A stretch of 64,000 nt of DNA from positions 3,712,001-3,776,000 of the forward strand of contig OZ245006.1 of assembly GCA_965223545.1 (NCBI GenBank). Reading direction: 5' to 3'. The notes beneath the pieces are model-generated. The model saw nothing but the letters and a program-made list of their open reading frames with translations, searched no databases and was not told the DNA's origin. The DNA is from Planctomycetota bacterium (lineage in GTDB: Bacteria > Planctomycetota > UBA1135 > UBA2386). Positions within the stretch are counted from its first letter, which is position 1. Each line of letters opens with the position of its first letter. Both the position numbers and the translations under genes were made by a program. Positions 1 through 9,216 of the stretch are shown one piece after another.

Positions 1-30
1 AGCGAGAAAATCGAGTCAGACTCCGTACTT
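1..30. repeat. Short REP-like palindromic repeat, copy A
   Basis: AGCGAGAAAATCGAGTCAGACTCCGTACTT matches 57856-57885 at 29/30 nt. Contains the palindrome GAGTC-A-GACTC followed by CGTACT. May extend left of the window. Confidence 0.7.
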
Positions 31-33
31 CCG

Positions 34-996
34 TTAGAGCCGGACGACGGCAGGGTTTGAGATCAGCACTGGTCCACCCGACGGATCGAGCGCGATCGCC
101 TGGGCGATACCGAGGCCGTCCGCCGTGGTGGGGAGCGGCAGGCGGAGCGCGGCGGTGCCGCTGCCGTCGACCGAGAAGCCCAGGGCAGCGAGCAGGGGTA
201 GGCCGACACGCAGGGTGCCGATCGAAGTGTTCAGGGGGCCGGGGCTGGCGGACAGCAGCACGTAGCCCGTCGAAGCCGGCGGCGCGTCGACGTCGAGGGA
301 GAGGCTGGTTCCGGCGCGTTCGCCGACGCGAAGCGCGGCGTAGCGGCCGACTCCGTGGGGGCAGGAGGATGGAGTGTAGGCGAGGTCGTCGATGACGAGC
401 CAAGTGGCGGAGGTGTCGACGACGATGCGCGAAATGCAGCTGCCGCTGACCGTCAGTGGCTGCATCGCCGTGCCGAGCGTGACCGAAGCGGTATCGACGA
501 CCTGTCCGCCCACCGCATAGGCGACGGCAGTGACCGGCTGTCCGATGCCGGATCCGGTGCCGACCAAGAACTGCACCGAATCCACCGCGGGTCGAAACCA
601 GATCTCCTCGGGGGGCCGGGGGATCGCCCCGGACGAGAGATTGGCGGTGATGTTGAAGGCGAAGAAGTTGGGCGGGCTGTAGCCCGACACACCGAAGCCC
701 CCCGCTTCGTTGAGCACCGCGCCACCTTCAGCCAAGGTGGGCCCCAAGAAGGTCACGCCGAGGTTCTGATAGAAGTTCTGCAGCGGTCGGGTCAGGAGAA
801 ACAACGACGGCTGCGAGTGATCGTCGAAATCGATGAACCCAGTTCCACGCGCCTGCGACGCGTGATGCGTGGGTCGCCACTCACTGTTCGGCGCGGCGGC
901 CGCGCCGTTCGCCACTCCACCGGCGACCGCTGGCTGCTGCGCCCCGAGGCAAGGAGTGAGGGAAAGGACGAGCGCCATCGTGCTGAGTCGTTGCAT
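34..996 (-). CDS. Secreted protein with a lectin/PEP-CTERM-passenger-like N-terminal domain and the shared C-terminal domain
   Basis: Start re-set to ATG 996 (MQRLSTMALVLSLTPCLGA|Q) with upstream CCAGGAGA RBS. IDFDD...IDDL beta-sandwich-type segment. C-terminus LPLP...AQAIALDP...ISNPAVVRL. Confidence 0.75.
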   Translation of the reverse strand: MQRLSTMALVLSLTPCLGAQQPAVAGGVANGAAAAPNSEWRPTHHASQARGTGFIDFDDHSQPSLFLLTRPLQNFYQNLGVTFLGPTLAEGGAVLNEAGGFGVSGYSPPNFFAFNITANLSSGAIPRPPEEIWFRPAVDSVQFLVGTGSGIGQPVTAVAYAVGGQVVDTASVTLGTAMQPLTVSGSCISRIVVDTSATWLVIDDLAYTPSSCPHGVGRYAALRVGERAGTSLSLDVDAPPASTGYVLLSASPGPLNTSIGTLRVGLPLLAALGFSVDGSGTAALRLPLPTTADGLGIAQAIALDPSGGPVLISNPAVVRL

Positions 997-1094
997 CAGT
1001 TCTCCTGGAGGTTGCGCTGAAGCAGCCGCGATGCGAACACACCGCCGCCGCTGGGGTCGAGTCGATTGTGGCACAAGCGGGCGAGCGCTGCTCT

Positions 1095-1619
1095 TCACCG
1101 ACCGACGACGCCGTGGCCCGAGGCGCTCAGCGCGTATGCGTTGAACGGCGGACCGAATGCGGAAAACTCCGCCGACAGCACCTGCTGGTAGAACGACACG
1201 CCGAGCATCGAAGCACTGCTCGGCACGCGGAACACGATGCGCACGGGCGTCTGGTAGTAGCCCAACGGCACCGGGAGGCGGACCTCCATCGAAGTGCGCA
1301 GCAGACCACACATCGGCACCTGAGCGCTCCCCAGCGTGCCGATATCGAAGGGCAGCGGCACTCCGCCCACGCTCGTGTTGGACGAACCCGTGAACAGCAC
1401 CACGTTGCGGCGGTTGCCCCACGGGTAGGTCGTGCTCGATTCGGTCTCGACCGTAAACGTGGCGCCGAGCTGCGGCGTGCCCAGCACGTTGAACGGGACC
1501 GGGCCGATCGGGGATATCCTCCCGGTCGTGCACGAGCTGCCGACGATGGTGTAGCTGGCGGTCTGCGCGGGCAGCGCGACCGAGAACAGGAGAGCGCAAC
1601 CGGCCAGGAGGGTGCGCAT
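1095..1619 (-). CDS. Small secreted protein made up essentially of the shared C-terminal domain
   Basis: Signal MRTLLAGCALLFSVALPA|Q (alternative start 1643). Motifs VGSSC, LPFDIGTLG...CGLL and VPSSASMLGVSFYQQ. Confidence 0.75.
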   Translation of the reverse strand: MRTLLAGCALLFSVALPAQTASYTIVGSSCTTGRISPIGPVPFNVLGTPQLGATFTVETESSTTYPWGNRRNVVLFTGSSNTSVGGVPLPFDIGTLGSAQVPMCGLLRTSMEVRLPVPLGYYQTPVRIVFRVPSSASMLGVSFYQQVLSAEFSAFGPPFNAYALSASGHGVVGR

Positions 1620-1797
1620 GGCAGACGGATTCGGGTAGGTCATGGCGAGCGGAAGCCGCGAGGGAGGCGCGGGAGTGAGGCGTGGGGTTTCGGGGCGCAC
1701 GAGGACAGCAAGCCCGGTACCAAGACGCCTGAGCGGCCCGTGATGGCGACAGTGTCCCTCGCGTTTCGCGCGCGGAACAACAGGGCGGCCCGAACGC

Positions 1798-2295
1798 TCA
1801 GCCGTCCGCGCGCGTGTACCGATACGTGAACATCTTGTGCTCGTCGGCCCCGGGCGGCGTGACGAACATCTCGAACCGGTGCTCCCCGTCCGCCAGCCAC
1901 TCGATCGTCGATCGGAACGGACAAACCCCGCCGTAGAGCGCCATGAATCCCTCGCCGCGCATGTCGAGGACCTTGGTGTCGGCGCTGTAGGCGCCGCGGT
2001 AGGAGAACATCACGGTACTCATGCAATCGATCCACGTCCCCACCCACTGCTTCGCGTGGGTGTCGTAGCCGAGAGTGGCGCGGCCGACGAAGGGCGTGCC
2101 CGTGAACTCGCTCTCGAACTTGCTGACCGTCCAGAACTGCCCGACCGCTTCGATGGTCTCGACCGCGGTGGCCTCCATCGGCGGCTGCGACGGGTCCATG
2201 TAGTACGTGCACTGCACGTTCCACTTGCCGACCTGCTCCAGCAGCAGACGGTGCTCGTCGGTCGGCGTGGGAAGGGTGAATTCTTGCTCGCTCAT
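1798..2295 (-). CDS. DUF1579 family protein
   Basis: PTDEHRLL..VGKW, F.GRATLGYD...KQWVGTWIDCMST motifs. Start re-set to ATG 2295. Confidence 0.85.
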   Translation of the reverse strand: MSEQEFTLPTPTDEHRLLLEQVGKWNVQCTYYMDPSQPPMEATAVETIEAVGQFWTVSKFESEFTGTPFVGRATLGYDTHAKQWVGTWIDCMSTVMFSYRGAYSADTKVLDMRGEGFMALYGGVCPFRSTIEWLADGEHRFEMFVTPPGADEHKMFTYRYTRADG

Positions 2296-2434
2296 CGGTT
2301 TGCTCCACCGTCGACCATAGCGCGGGGGCGGTGCAACGGGGCAGCGGCAACTCAGGCGAGTCTCCCCGAAGAATGCGCGACGAATCCGCGACCGCATTCC
2401 GCTCCGGATTCCCGATCCCCCTCGGAGAAACCGC

Positions 2435-3355
2435 ATGAACCCGACGCTCGCTTCCGCCAGCCCCTGGCTGGCGATCGGTGCCCTGGTCGCGACGACCGGG
2501 CTGGCCACCTGCACTCTGGACCTGCACCGTCAGCTGCGCGCGCAGTCGAGCCAGCTGACGGTCATGCATCGAGACGATGCCGCGGCAGGCGACGGCGCCG
2601 CGACGCTCGCGGTCACCGATCTGCGCCGCTCGACCGACGCCCTCGCGGAACGCCTGGCAGAGGTGGAGGACGCGCTCGCGCGCTACGCGGCACGCCCCGC
2701 CCCGTCCCCGCCGACGGCCGTGGCACCGTCCGACCCGGCGGCGGACCCGGTTGTGGCAGCACCCGGCGCCGCGGACACCGAGGCCAAACAACGGCTCTTG
2801 TCCCAGCTCGCCGTGGTCACCGCGCCCGACTTCGATTGGCAGGCCGGGGCGGGCGCGCTGCAGGAGTTCTTCGCTCTGGCCCGCGGTTCGACCGTGCTCG
2901 ACGATCACCTGCGGGCCCTCGAGGACACCGTCGAGACGTCGCCCGAGGACAACGACGCGCGCATGGAGCTCGCCACCGCCTACTTGGGCAAGCTCTTCAC
3001 CGTGCAGGGGCCCGAGCAGGGACTGTGGGGCAGTCGCGCCGAACAGCAGTGGAACGCCGTGCGTGCGCAGGCGCCGGAACACTGGGAGTCGCGGTTTCGG
3101 CTCGGCACGAACTACGCGTTCTATCCCGATGCGATGGGCAAGACCGGCGACGCCATCGCCCTGCTCACCGAGGCCCGCGAGATCCAGGAGCGGGCTCCGG
3201 CGGCGCGGCCCGAGCACGCCCAGACCTACGCCACGCTCGCACGTCTGCACCAACGCGAAGGACACCACGAGCAGGCCCGCCAGACGCTGCGCGAAGGCCT
3301 GCGCTTTTTTCCGGATGACGACACCCTGCGCGCGGCGCTCGACCGACTGCGGTGA
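2435..3355 (+). CDS. Membrane-anchored coiled-coil/TPR protein
   Basis: N-terminal hydrophobic helix, coiled-coil segment and C-terminal TPR-like helices (YATLARLHQREGHHEQARQTLREGLRFFPDD). Confidence 0.75.
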   Translation: MNPTLASASPWLAIGALVATTGLATCTLDLHRQLRAQSSQLTVMHRDDAAAGDGAATLAVTDLRRSTDALAERLAEVEDALARYAARPAPSPPTAVAPSDPAADPVVAAPGAADTEAKQRLLSQLAVVTAPDFDWQAGAGALQEFFALARGSTVLDDHLRALEDTVETSPEDNDARMELATAYLGKLFTVQGPEQGLWGSRAEQQWNAVRAQAPEHWESRFRLGTNYAFYPDAMGKTGDAIALLTEAREIQERAPAARPEHAQTYATLARLHQREGHHEQARQTLREGLRFFPDDDTLRAALDRLR

Positions 3356-3417
3356 GTTCGCCCAGGAGATCGGAGGCAGCGGTGCGCGGGAGCAGCCCAT
3401 AGAGTGGGAATTCCTCG

Positions 3418-4668
3418 ATGACGAGACACCGCCTGCACTCTGCCGTCGCCCGCGCGGGCGCGATCGCGTTCACGGGTAGCACGGCTGTGCTGGCCGCGGT
3501 CTCGCCGCAGGAAGCGAGAGAATCGAGCCGGACACCGTACTTTCGCGGGGCGCTGGAGGCGCTGGCCGAGTTTCCTTCGCCCGAGCGCTTTCGGGTGTCG
3601 AGCAAAGTCGCGCAGGGGTTCGTCGATGGCGACTCGCTGTGGCGTGTCGTCTACGATCCCGTCCGCCAGCGCCCCGCCGCGTTCGGCATCGACGGCGTCA
3701 AGCGGTTGCTCGAGCCGGTGTTGGCGGCGGTGGACCGGCGGACGATCCGGCTGACGCGACGCCGGGTCGCCGACACCGCGGCGGCATACGCCGAGCTCGA
3801 CGTCGACGGAGAGTCGCCGATCCGACTGGTGACCCGGCATTTCGATCTGCAGCTCGACCCGAGTGGGGCCACGCCGCCTCGCTGGCTGCACCCCGGCGCG
3901 ATGCAACGGTGGTCGTTCGCCGACGCACTCGGGCTTCCGCTGCTGCGGGGCAGGCCGCGCGCGCTGTTCGAAGGGACCCGCTGGCAAACGCTGGACACGC
4001 CAGCGGAGCCGGGGATGGCCGCCCGCGCAACGGCCGACGGCGCGGTGTTCTTTCTCGGCTGGCGCGCCCCGTCCCCGCGGGCACATCGCGCGAGCCAAGT
4101 GTTGCCGAGCTTGTACGGCCGATGCGACGCCACGGGTGGAGTGCTCTCGTACATCGGAGTGGACCCGGCCGGCGATCGCTTCGAGGCCGTACGGATCGCT
4201 TTCGTCGGTGGTGAGTACCGAGTCCATTGGGTGACGATCGAGGTCGAGCGGCAGCCGGTGCGCCCCCACCACCTGCGGCCACGGGTCACGCTGCCCGTTT
4301 GGGTCACGCTCACCGGCGACCATGGCGCCACGATCCGCGCCGCCGTCGACGACCCGTCCCGATTGCCGCCCCACGTCCGTCCGTGGCTGGTCGTCGGCGA
4401 GGGTCGCGACTGGACCGAGGCCCCGAGCCCCGACCGCGCGCGCCAGCTGCTCGAGCTGGCGCAACGCCGCGATCCGGGCGCGTTCGCGCAGCTGGCGCTG
4501 TCCGCCTACGACGAGGATCGGGCAGTGGCACGCATGGCACTCAACGGCCTGGGCCTGTTGGGTGGCGAAGCGGCGCTCGCGGTCTTGCGCGCTTTCTCGA
4601 GGGGGGTCGATCCGGAGCTGGCGGCCACCGCCAGAGCGGCGAGCCGGAGTCGGCCTCCCGGCCGGTAG
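3418..4668 (+). CDS. Hypothetical protein, possibly secreted, with a C-terminal HEAT-like repeat
   Basis: 416-aa ORF filling the gap between neighbouring genes. DEDRAVARMALNGLGLLGGEAALAVL...DPELAATARAA resembles a HEAT repeat. Confidence 0.55.
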   Translation: MTRHRLHSAVARAGAIAFTGSTAVLAAVSPQEARESSRTPYFRGALEALAEFPSPERFRVSSKVAQGFVDGDSLWRVVYDPVRQRPAAFGIDGVKRLLEPVLAAVDRRTIRLTRRRVADTAAAYAELDVDGESPIRLVTRHFDLQLDPSGATPPRWLHPGAMQRWSFADALGLPLLRGRPRALFEGTRWQTLDTPAEPGMAARATADGAVFFLGWRAPSPRAHRASQVLPSLYGRCDATGGVLSYIGVDPAGDRFEAVRIAFVGGEYRVHWVTIEVERQPVRPHHLRPRVTLPVWVTLTGDHGATIRAAVDDPSRLPPHVRPWLVVGEGRDWTEAPSPDRARQLLELAQRRDPGAFAQLALSAYDEDRAVARMALNGLGLLGGEAALAVLRAFSRGVDPELAATARAASRSRPPGR

Positions 4669-4709
4669 CACCGTGTCGAGGCGAGTTGGACCGGCCCCGC
4701 CGAACGGCC

Positions 4710-4745
4710 TTGCGCCAAAATTCGAATCCGGTTCTAATTCTAAAA
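4710..4745 (+). promoter_or_regulatory. Sigma70-type promoter with an overlapping imperfect palindrome (candidate TetR operator); probably leaderless
   Basis: TTGCGC (4710-15), 17 bp spacer, TCTAAT (4733-38), then ATG at 4745. AATTCGAATCCGGTTCTAATT is an imperfect inverted repeat in an AT-rich patch. Confidence 0.55.
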
Positions 4746-5434
4746 TGCGCAGCGACACCACCTGCCCGAGCACCCCCTGGCGCCGCGCGACCTCCCAGCC
4801 ACGCTCCACGGATACGGCGCAACGGATTTTGGACGAGGCCTTGCGGCGCTTCGCGGCCGGCACCCTCGAGACGTCGCCGGTCGCTGAGATCGCGCGCGCG
4901 GCCGGGGTCTCGGTCGGCGGCTTCTACGGCCGCTACCGGACCAAATCCGACCTCCAGCGCGCGGTGGTGCAGACGCTGATGGATGAACACCTGGCCCCAT
5001 TTCGCGAGTTGCTCGATCCGGAGGCACTGCGCGGCACTGGCGCGGGCGAGCGCGTCCGCCGCTACGCCCGCGCGCTGGTGAACACCTTCGGGGGAGAGCG
5101 CGACGTGCTCCGGCGCCTGGTACTGCTGGTGCGCAGCGACCCGAGCCTGCCGTACTCGGCACCGATCCGCGCTCTCAACCGGGACGTCCAGGAACGCTGG
5201 ACGAGGGCGCTGTTGGACTGCCGAGACGAGATCGGCCATCCCGATCCGGAAGCCGCCCTGCAGCTGGTCGAGCTCACCATCAGCGCCGCCGCGCGCGAGG
5301 CGCTGCTGCACGCCGGCACCGGGGTCGCTTTGACCGACGAGCAGCGGGCCACCTTGGTCGACGAGCTTTGCGATCTCGCCTGCCGCTATCTCAGAATCCC
5401 AGCCCCCGACACACGAGAGCCAACTTGCCGATGA
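4745..5434 (+). CDS. TetR/AcrR family transcriptional regulator
   Basis: RILDEALRRF...VAEIARAAGVSVGGFYGRYRTKSDL HTH. ATGA overlap with the next gene. Confidence 0.9.
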   Translation: MRSDTTCPSTPWRRATSQPRSTDTAQRILDEALRRFAAGTLETSPVAEIARAAGVSVGGFYGRYRTKSDLQRAVVQTLMDEHLAPFRELLDPEALRGTGAGERVRRYARALVNTFGGERDVLRRLVLLVRSDPSLPYSAPIRALNRDVQERWTRALLDCRDEIGHPDPEAALQLVELTISAAAREALLHAGTGVALTDEQRATLVDELCDLACRYLRIPAPDTREPTCR

Positions 5435-6936
5435 ACACACTCCTCCATCCCGCGCGGCTCGCACTCGCCGCGCTCGCGGCCGCGGCCCCGGCGCCAGGCC
5501 AGTCCCCCACACCCGATCCGCTGCTCGGATCCTGGCAGGGCACGCTCTCGGTGGCCAACACCGAGCTCGAAGTCGCCATGCACATCACGGTGGAAGGCGA
5601 TGGCTACGCGGCGACGTTCGATTCGATCACGCAGGGAGCCGAGGGGATCCCGGTGACCACGCTGACCGTTGACGGGACCCACCTGGTCGCCGAGCTCCGC
5701 TCGATCGGTGGGCGCTACGAAGCGGAACTCGAACAAGACGGCGACGACCGGCAACTGGTCGGGCAGTGGAGCCAGGGCGGCGCGACGTTCGACCTGGACC
5801 TGGTGGCCGTCGCCGAAGTGGTCAAGCCGGTGCGCAACCGCCCGCAGACACCGCAGCCGCCGTTTCCGTACCGCGTCGAGGAGGTCGTCTTCAGCCACCG
5901 ACCCGCAGAGAGCCTCGACGACGGCTTCGCGCCACGGGCCTCCGACGCCGAAGACGCCATCAACCTGGCCGGCACTCTGACTCTGCCCGAGGGCGAAGGA
6001 CCGTTTCCCGCCGCGGTCATGATCACCGGCTCCGGCCGCCAGGACCGGGACGAGACGGTGTTCGAGCACAAGCCGTTTTGGGTGATCGCCGATCACCTCA
6101 CGCGCGAAGGCCTCGCAGTGCTGCGCTGTGACGACCGCGGTGCCGGCCAATCCACCGGCGACTTCGCCGCCGCGAACAGCGCCGACTTCGCTACTGACGC
6201 GCGCGCCGCAGTGCGCTGGCTGCGGACGCGCACCGACATCGATCCGCAACGCATCGGGTTGATCGGCCACAGCGAAGGTGGCGTGATCGCCCCGATGGTC
6301 GCCGCCGGCGACGACAAGGACTGGATTCACTTCAGCGTGTTGCTGGCGCCGCCGGCAGTCAACATTGCCGATGTCATCCGCCATCAGTCCGCGCTGATCG
6401 CGAAGGCAGAGGGGGCGGACAGCGCCGACGTCGAGGCCAACGACCGTTTGCTCGCCGCAGTGTTCGGTGCGCTCACCGACCCCGATGCGGCGGAGGCCCG
6501 CGACGCGGTGATCGATCGCGCGATCAACGAGGCGTGGGACACGCTCAGCGAGGCTGCCAAAGCCGAGGTCGGCGGCAACCGCGGACAGCTCCAACAACAG
6601 ATCGCGCGAATGGATCGGCCGTGGATGCGCTATCTGCTGCAGTACGACCCGCTGCCGGCGCTGCGCGAGATGCGCGGGCACGTGCTGGCGGTTCTCGGCG
6701 GCAAGGACTTGCAGGTCGACCCGGAGCAGAATCTCGAACCCTTGCGGAGCGCGCTCTTGACCCGCGACGCCGGCGACCACGACACGACGATCCGCGTGCT
6801 CGACAACCACAACCACTTGCTCCAGCGCTGCGAGACGGGCTCGCCCACGGAGTACATCGACATCGAAGAGACCGTCTCTCCCGAGGCGCTAGCTCTGCTG
6901 GCCGATTGGCTGCGCCGACACGTGTTGCAGCCCTGA
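5431..6936 (+). CDS. Secreted alpha/beta hydrolase (S9/S15-like serine hydrolase)
   Basis: Signal peptide, LAGTLTLP, ITGSG.QDRDE, GHSEGG nucleophile elbow, GGKDLQV and NHLLQ catalytic motifs. Confidence 0.9.
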   Translation: MNTLLHPARLALAALAAAAPAPGQSPTPDPLLGSWQGTLSVANTELEVAMHITVEGDGYAATFDSITQGAEGIPVTTLTVDGTHLVAELRSIGGRYEAELEQDGDDRQLVGQWSQGGATFDLDLVAVAEVVKPVRNRPQTPQPPFPYRVEEVVFSHRPAESLDDGFAPRASDAEDAINLAGTLTLPEGEGPFPAAVMITGSGRQDRDETVFEHKPFWVIADHLTREGLAVLRCDDRGAGQSTGDFAAANSADFATDARAAVRWLRTRTDIDPQRIGLIGHSEGGVIAPMVAAGDDKDWIHFSVLLAPPAVNIADVIRHQSALIAKAEGADSADVEANDRLLAAVFGALTDPDAAEARDAVIDRAINEAWDTLSEAAKAEVGGNRGQLQQQIARMDRPWMRYLLQYDPLPALREMRGHVLAVLGGKDLQVDPEQNLEPLRSALLTRDAGDHDTTIRVLDNHNHLLQRCETGSPTEYIDIEETVSPEALALLADWLRRHVLQP

Positions 6937-6961
6937 TCGAAGCCCGTCTCGGGGCCCGGAA

Positions 6962-7156
6962 GCGCGGCCGAGGCCGCAACCAAACTCGGATGCCGCTTTT
7001 CCCGGAGCGCTTTGGAAGGTCCGACCCATCCGCCGCCGCGCTGAGCCAGGAGGCACTGTCTCTCCGAGCCTCCGACGCGGCGGCGACGTTGCCATGTCAG
7101 CGGCGTCGCCTCGAAAATGTTGTCGAAGCTCGAAGATTCGAGGCGCCGGAGGCTCA
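6962..7156. mobile_element. MITE-like structured element, copy 1 (195 bp, between convergent genes)
   Basis: Aligns end to end with 10495-10690. Its terminal TCA supplies the TGA stop of the 7154..7972 gene. Contains multiple inverted repeats. Confidence 0.8.
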
Positions 7157-7972
7157 CCGGCCCCCGCGCGGGGTCGCACGCCGCGGCGCGGTCGCACGAT
7201 CCAGTGCATCACTGCGGATGTCGTCGTCGGTGCCGTCGTCACCGTCGGGGCCGAAAGAGCGGACCACCGCCTTGGCCGGAACGTTCGGGTCCTCGCCAAT
7301 GACGTACTCGTTGCCCCACGGGTCGCGCAGTGGTTCGGTCGCATCGAAGTAGCAGTGCCCGCGCTCATCCGGCGTGATCAGCCACTGCCAGAGCGGGATC
7401 TCACGCCGGTTGTTGAGCTGGAACAAGCGCACCGCGTTGAGCACGTCGCGGATCTCGCGGCGCGCCCGTCCGACCTCCGCGCTCATGGGTGGAGCTGGCC
7501 TTGCACTACCGTCATCGGCGACGGGGGTGACCGGGAGCTCGAGCGCGTGGTCGCCGAACGCGACGCGCAGCAGACCGTGTCCCGCATCGGCCCCCGAGGT
7601 CAACGTGCACTCCAGCCATGGCGCGTGCTCGGGCGATGCCTCGAACTCGAGGTCCCAGGACTCGTCGTTGCCCACGTCGCGGCAGAGCAGCAGCCACGTT
7701 TCGCCGCGGCGAAGCATGAGGAGGCGGTAGCCCCCCGCCTCCAGAGTCCGACCCGCCACGCGGACCGAGCCGCGGACATCCAGCGCGGCGAGCCGAGTTG
7801 CGGCCGCACTGGCGGTCCACGGCCGCGCAAGGTAGTCCAGATTCAACGCGGAGCCGCCCGCGAAGCGGATCGACTGACGGAGGAGCGGCGCGGCGTCCAG
7901 CTGTTGGGCCAAGCCTTGCTGGCTGGTGAGTTGCCAGAGCAGGACGGCAACTACGAGATGAATGCGATTCAT
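7154..7972 (-). CDS. Secreted protein: DUF2911-like N-terminal domain fused to a T2SS GspG-like C-terminal domain
   Basis: VAGRTLEAGGYRLL...W.L.L (DUF2911-like). DPWGNEY...VRSFGPDGDDGTDDDI (GspG Ca-binding signature). No prepilin G|FTLxE motif. Confidence 0.7.
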   Translation of the reverse strand: MNRIHLVVAVLLWQLTSQQGLAQQLDAAPLLRQSIRFAGGSALNLDYLARPWTASAAATRLAALDVRGSVRVAGRTLEAGGYRLLMLRRGETWLLLCRDVGNDESWDLEFEASPEHAPWLECTLTSGADAGHGLLRVAFGDHALELPVTPVADDGSARPAPPMSAEVGRARREIRDVLNAVRLFQLNNRREIPLWQWLITPDERGHCYFDATEPLRDPWGNEYVIGEDPNVPAKAVVRSFGPDGDDGTDDDIRSDALDRATAPRRATPRGGR

Positions 7973-8211
7973 GATGGACTCCTGCCGGTGCCGAGACCGA
8001 ACACCGACGCCGACTCTACCGGCGCACCGCGGGTGTCTTCAGCCGCTTTCGATGTGGTGATCGACCGAGTGGTGGTCTGCTCGAAGGGCTCCGATTTGCG
8101 GATTCTTGACGAATCGGGAGCGTCCTTCCCGCTGTTGGATCCATAGGTCTCCGGTCGGGTGACTGCGTGAGGCCGACCGTGTTCCAACCGCAATCCGACT
8201 CAAGAGGCAAC

Positions 8212-9114
8212 ATGCACGACTCCACATACCGCCCTCTCGCTATCGCCTGTTTGTCAGCGATGGCTCTTGGCCTCGCCGCGACGCTCGACGCACAAACACC
8301 GCCAGGCGCGTGTACGCAGGAGAGCACCGCGTTTGCCACCGCCGAGGGTGGTTGCAAGGATCTCGGCTCCGGATTGGTCTGGAGCGCCAGCACCTACAAC
8401 GCCGCAGGGCGCATCCACACGTGGCCAGAAGCCGACTCCTATTGCGCAAACCTGGTCGAGGGCGGATTCGACGATTGGCGGCTGCCGACGATCGACGAGC
8501 ACCTCGAGTCGCTTACGAACGGCATCAAGAGCCACGTCGCCTGGGCGCCCTACGACCGCCCCTGGGCTGCCAAGACCCAGGGGAACTGGGCGTTCTACGT
8601 CGATTGGGGCACGGAGGAGGCCGTGCGGACTCTACAGCGCAGCACGTTCGTCCACTTCTGCGTCCGCGGAGCCTCGGGCGGGGGCAAAGGCGGGGGGAAG
8701 GGCGGCGGAAAGCCCAAGTCCACACAACGGCTGCAGGCCGGCACGTGGTCCTTCGACGTCGCCGCCCCGGAACATGCCGGCCGCGAGTTCTTGCTGCTGG
8801 TAGGGCTGCCGACGCAATCCCCGAACACCGCCGCCGCGCCGCCGATTGGCCAAATGCCCATCGCGCAGGGGAATGTGGTCCGGCGCCTCGACGGCGCCGG
8901 CCGCGCGCGCATCGATCTCGGCCTGGCGGGTCTGCCGGCAGACCGCGCGCCGGAGCAGACGTGGGTGGGGTTGGTGGTTCTTGCTCCCGACCTTCCCGGG
9001 GGCGTCGCCGAAGTCTTGACTCTGGCCCGACCCCGCGACGGGCGGGCGGAGAGTTCGGACGGGGAACGCAGCCAACTCGAAGCCGATCGGAGCCAATCGA
9101 TCCAGAGTCGTTGA
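8212..9114 (+). CDS. Secreted DUF1566 (Lcl C-terminal-like) domain protein
   Basis: D..SGLVW, TWPEADSYCANL..GGFDDWRLPTIDE and FCVRG motifs. GGGK x3 linker. Start ATG 8212 after GAGG. Confidence 0.85.
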   Translation: MHDSTYRPLAIACLSAMALGLAATLDAQTPPGACTQESTAFATAEGGCKDLGSGLVWSASTYNAAGRIHTWPEADSYCANLVEGGFDDWRLPTIDEHLESLTNGIKSHVAWAPYDRPWAAKTQGNWAFYVDWGTEEAVRTLQRSTFVHFCVRGASGGGKGGGKGGGKPKSTQRLQAGTWSFDVAAPEHAGREFLLLVGLPTQSPNTAAAPPIGQMPIAQGNVVRRLDGAGRARIDLGLAGLPADRAPEQTWVGLVVLAPDLPGGVAEVLTLARPRDGRAESSDGERSQLEADRSQSIQSR

Positions 9115-9165
9115 CCCTGCAGCGGACCACCGCGTGAGATCCTCGCGCCGCGCGCCGAGTGTCCA

Positions 9166-9206
9166 CTTGCACGCGCCTTGCACGCCCCGGGGTCCACCGA
9201 TAGCAT
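9166..9206 (+). promoter_or_regulatory. Candidate sigma70 promoter with a tandem 9-bp direct repeat
   Basis: TTGCAC (9178-83), 17 bp spacer, TAGCAT (9201-06). CTTGCACGC occurs at 9166-74 and 9177-85. Confidence 0.45.
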
Positions 9207-9216
9207 CGGCGGAGAG

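Noticed and set aside
6962..7156. In-frame coding palindromic element (Rickettsia RPE-like)
   Set aside because: Copy 1 has a TGA in the frame equivalent to the host gene and copy 2 shifts the frame.
8212..9114. DUF1566 protein as a diversity-generating retroelement target
   Set aside because: No reverse transcriptase and no TR/VR pair with adenine-specific mismatches seen in the window.
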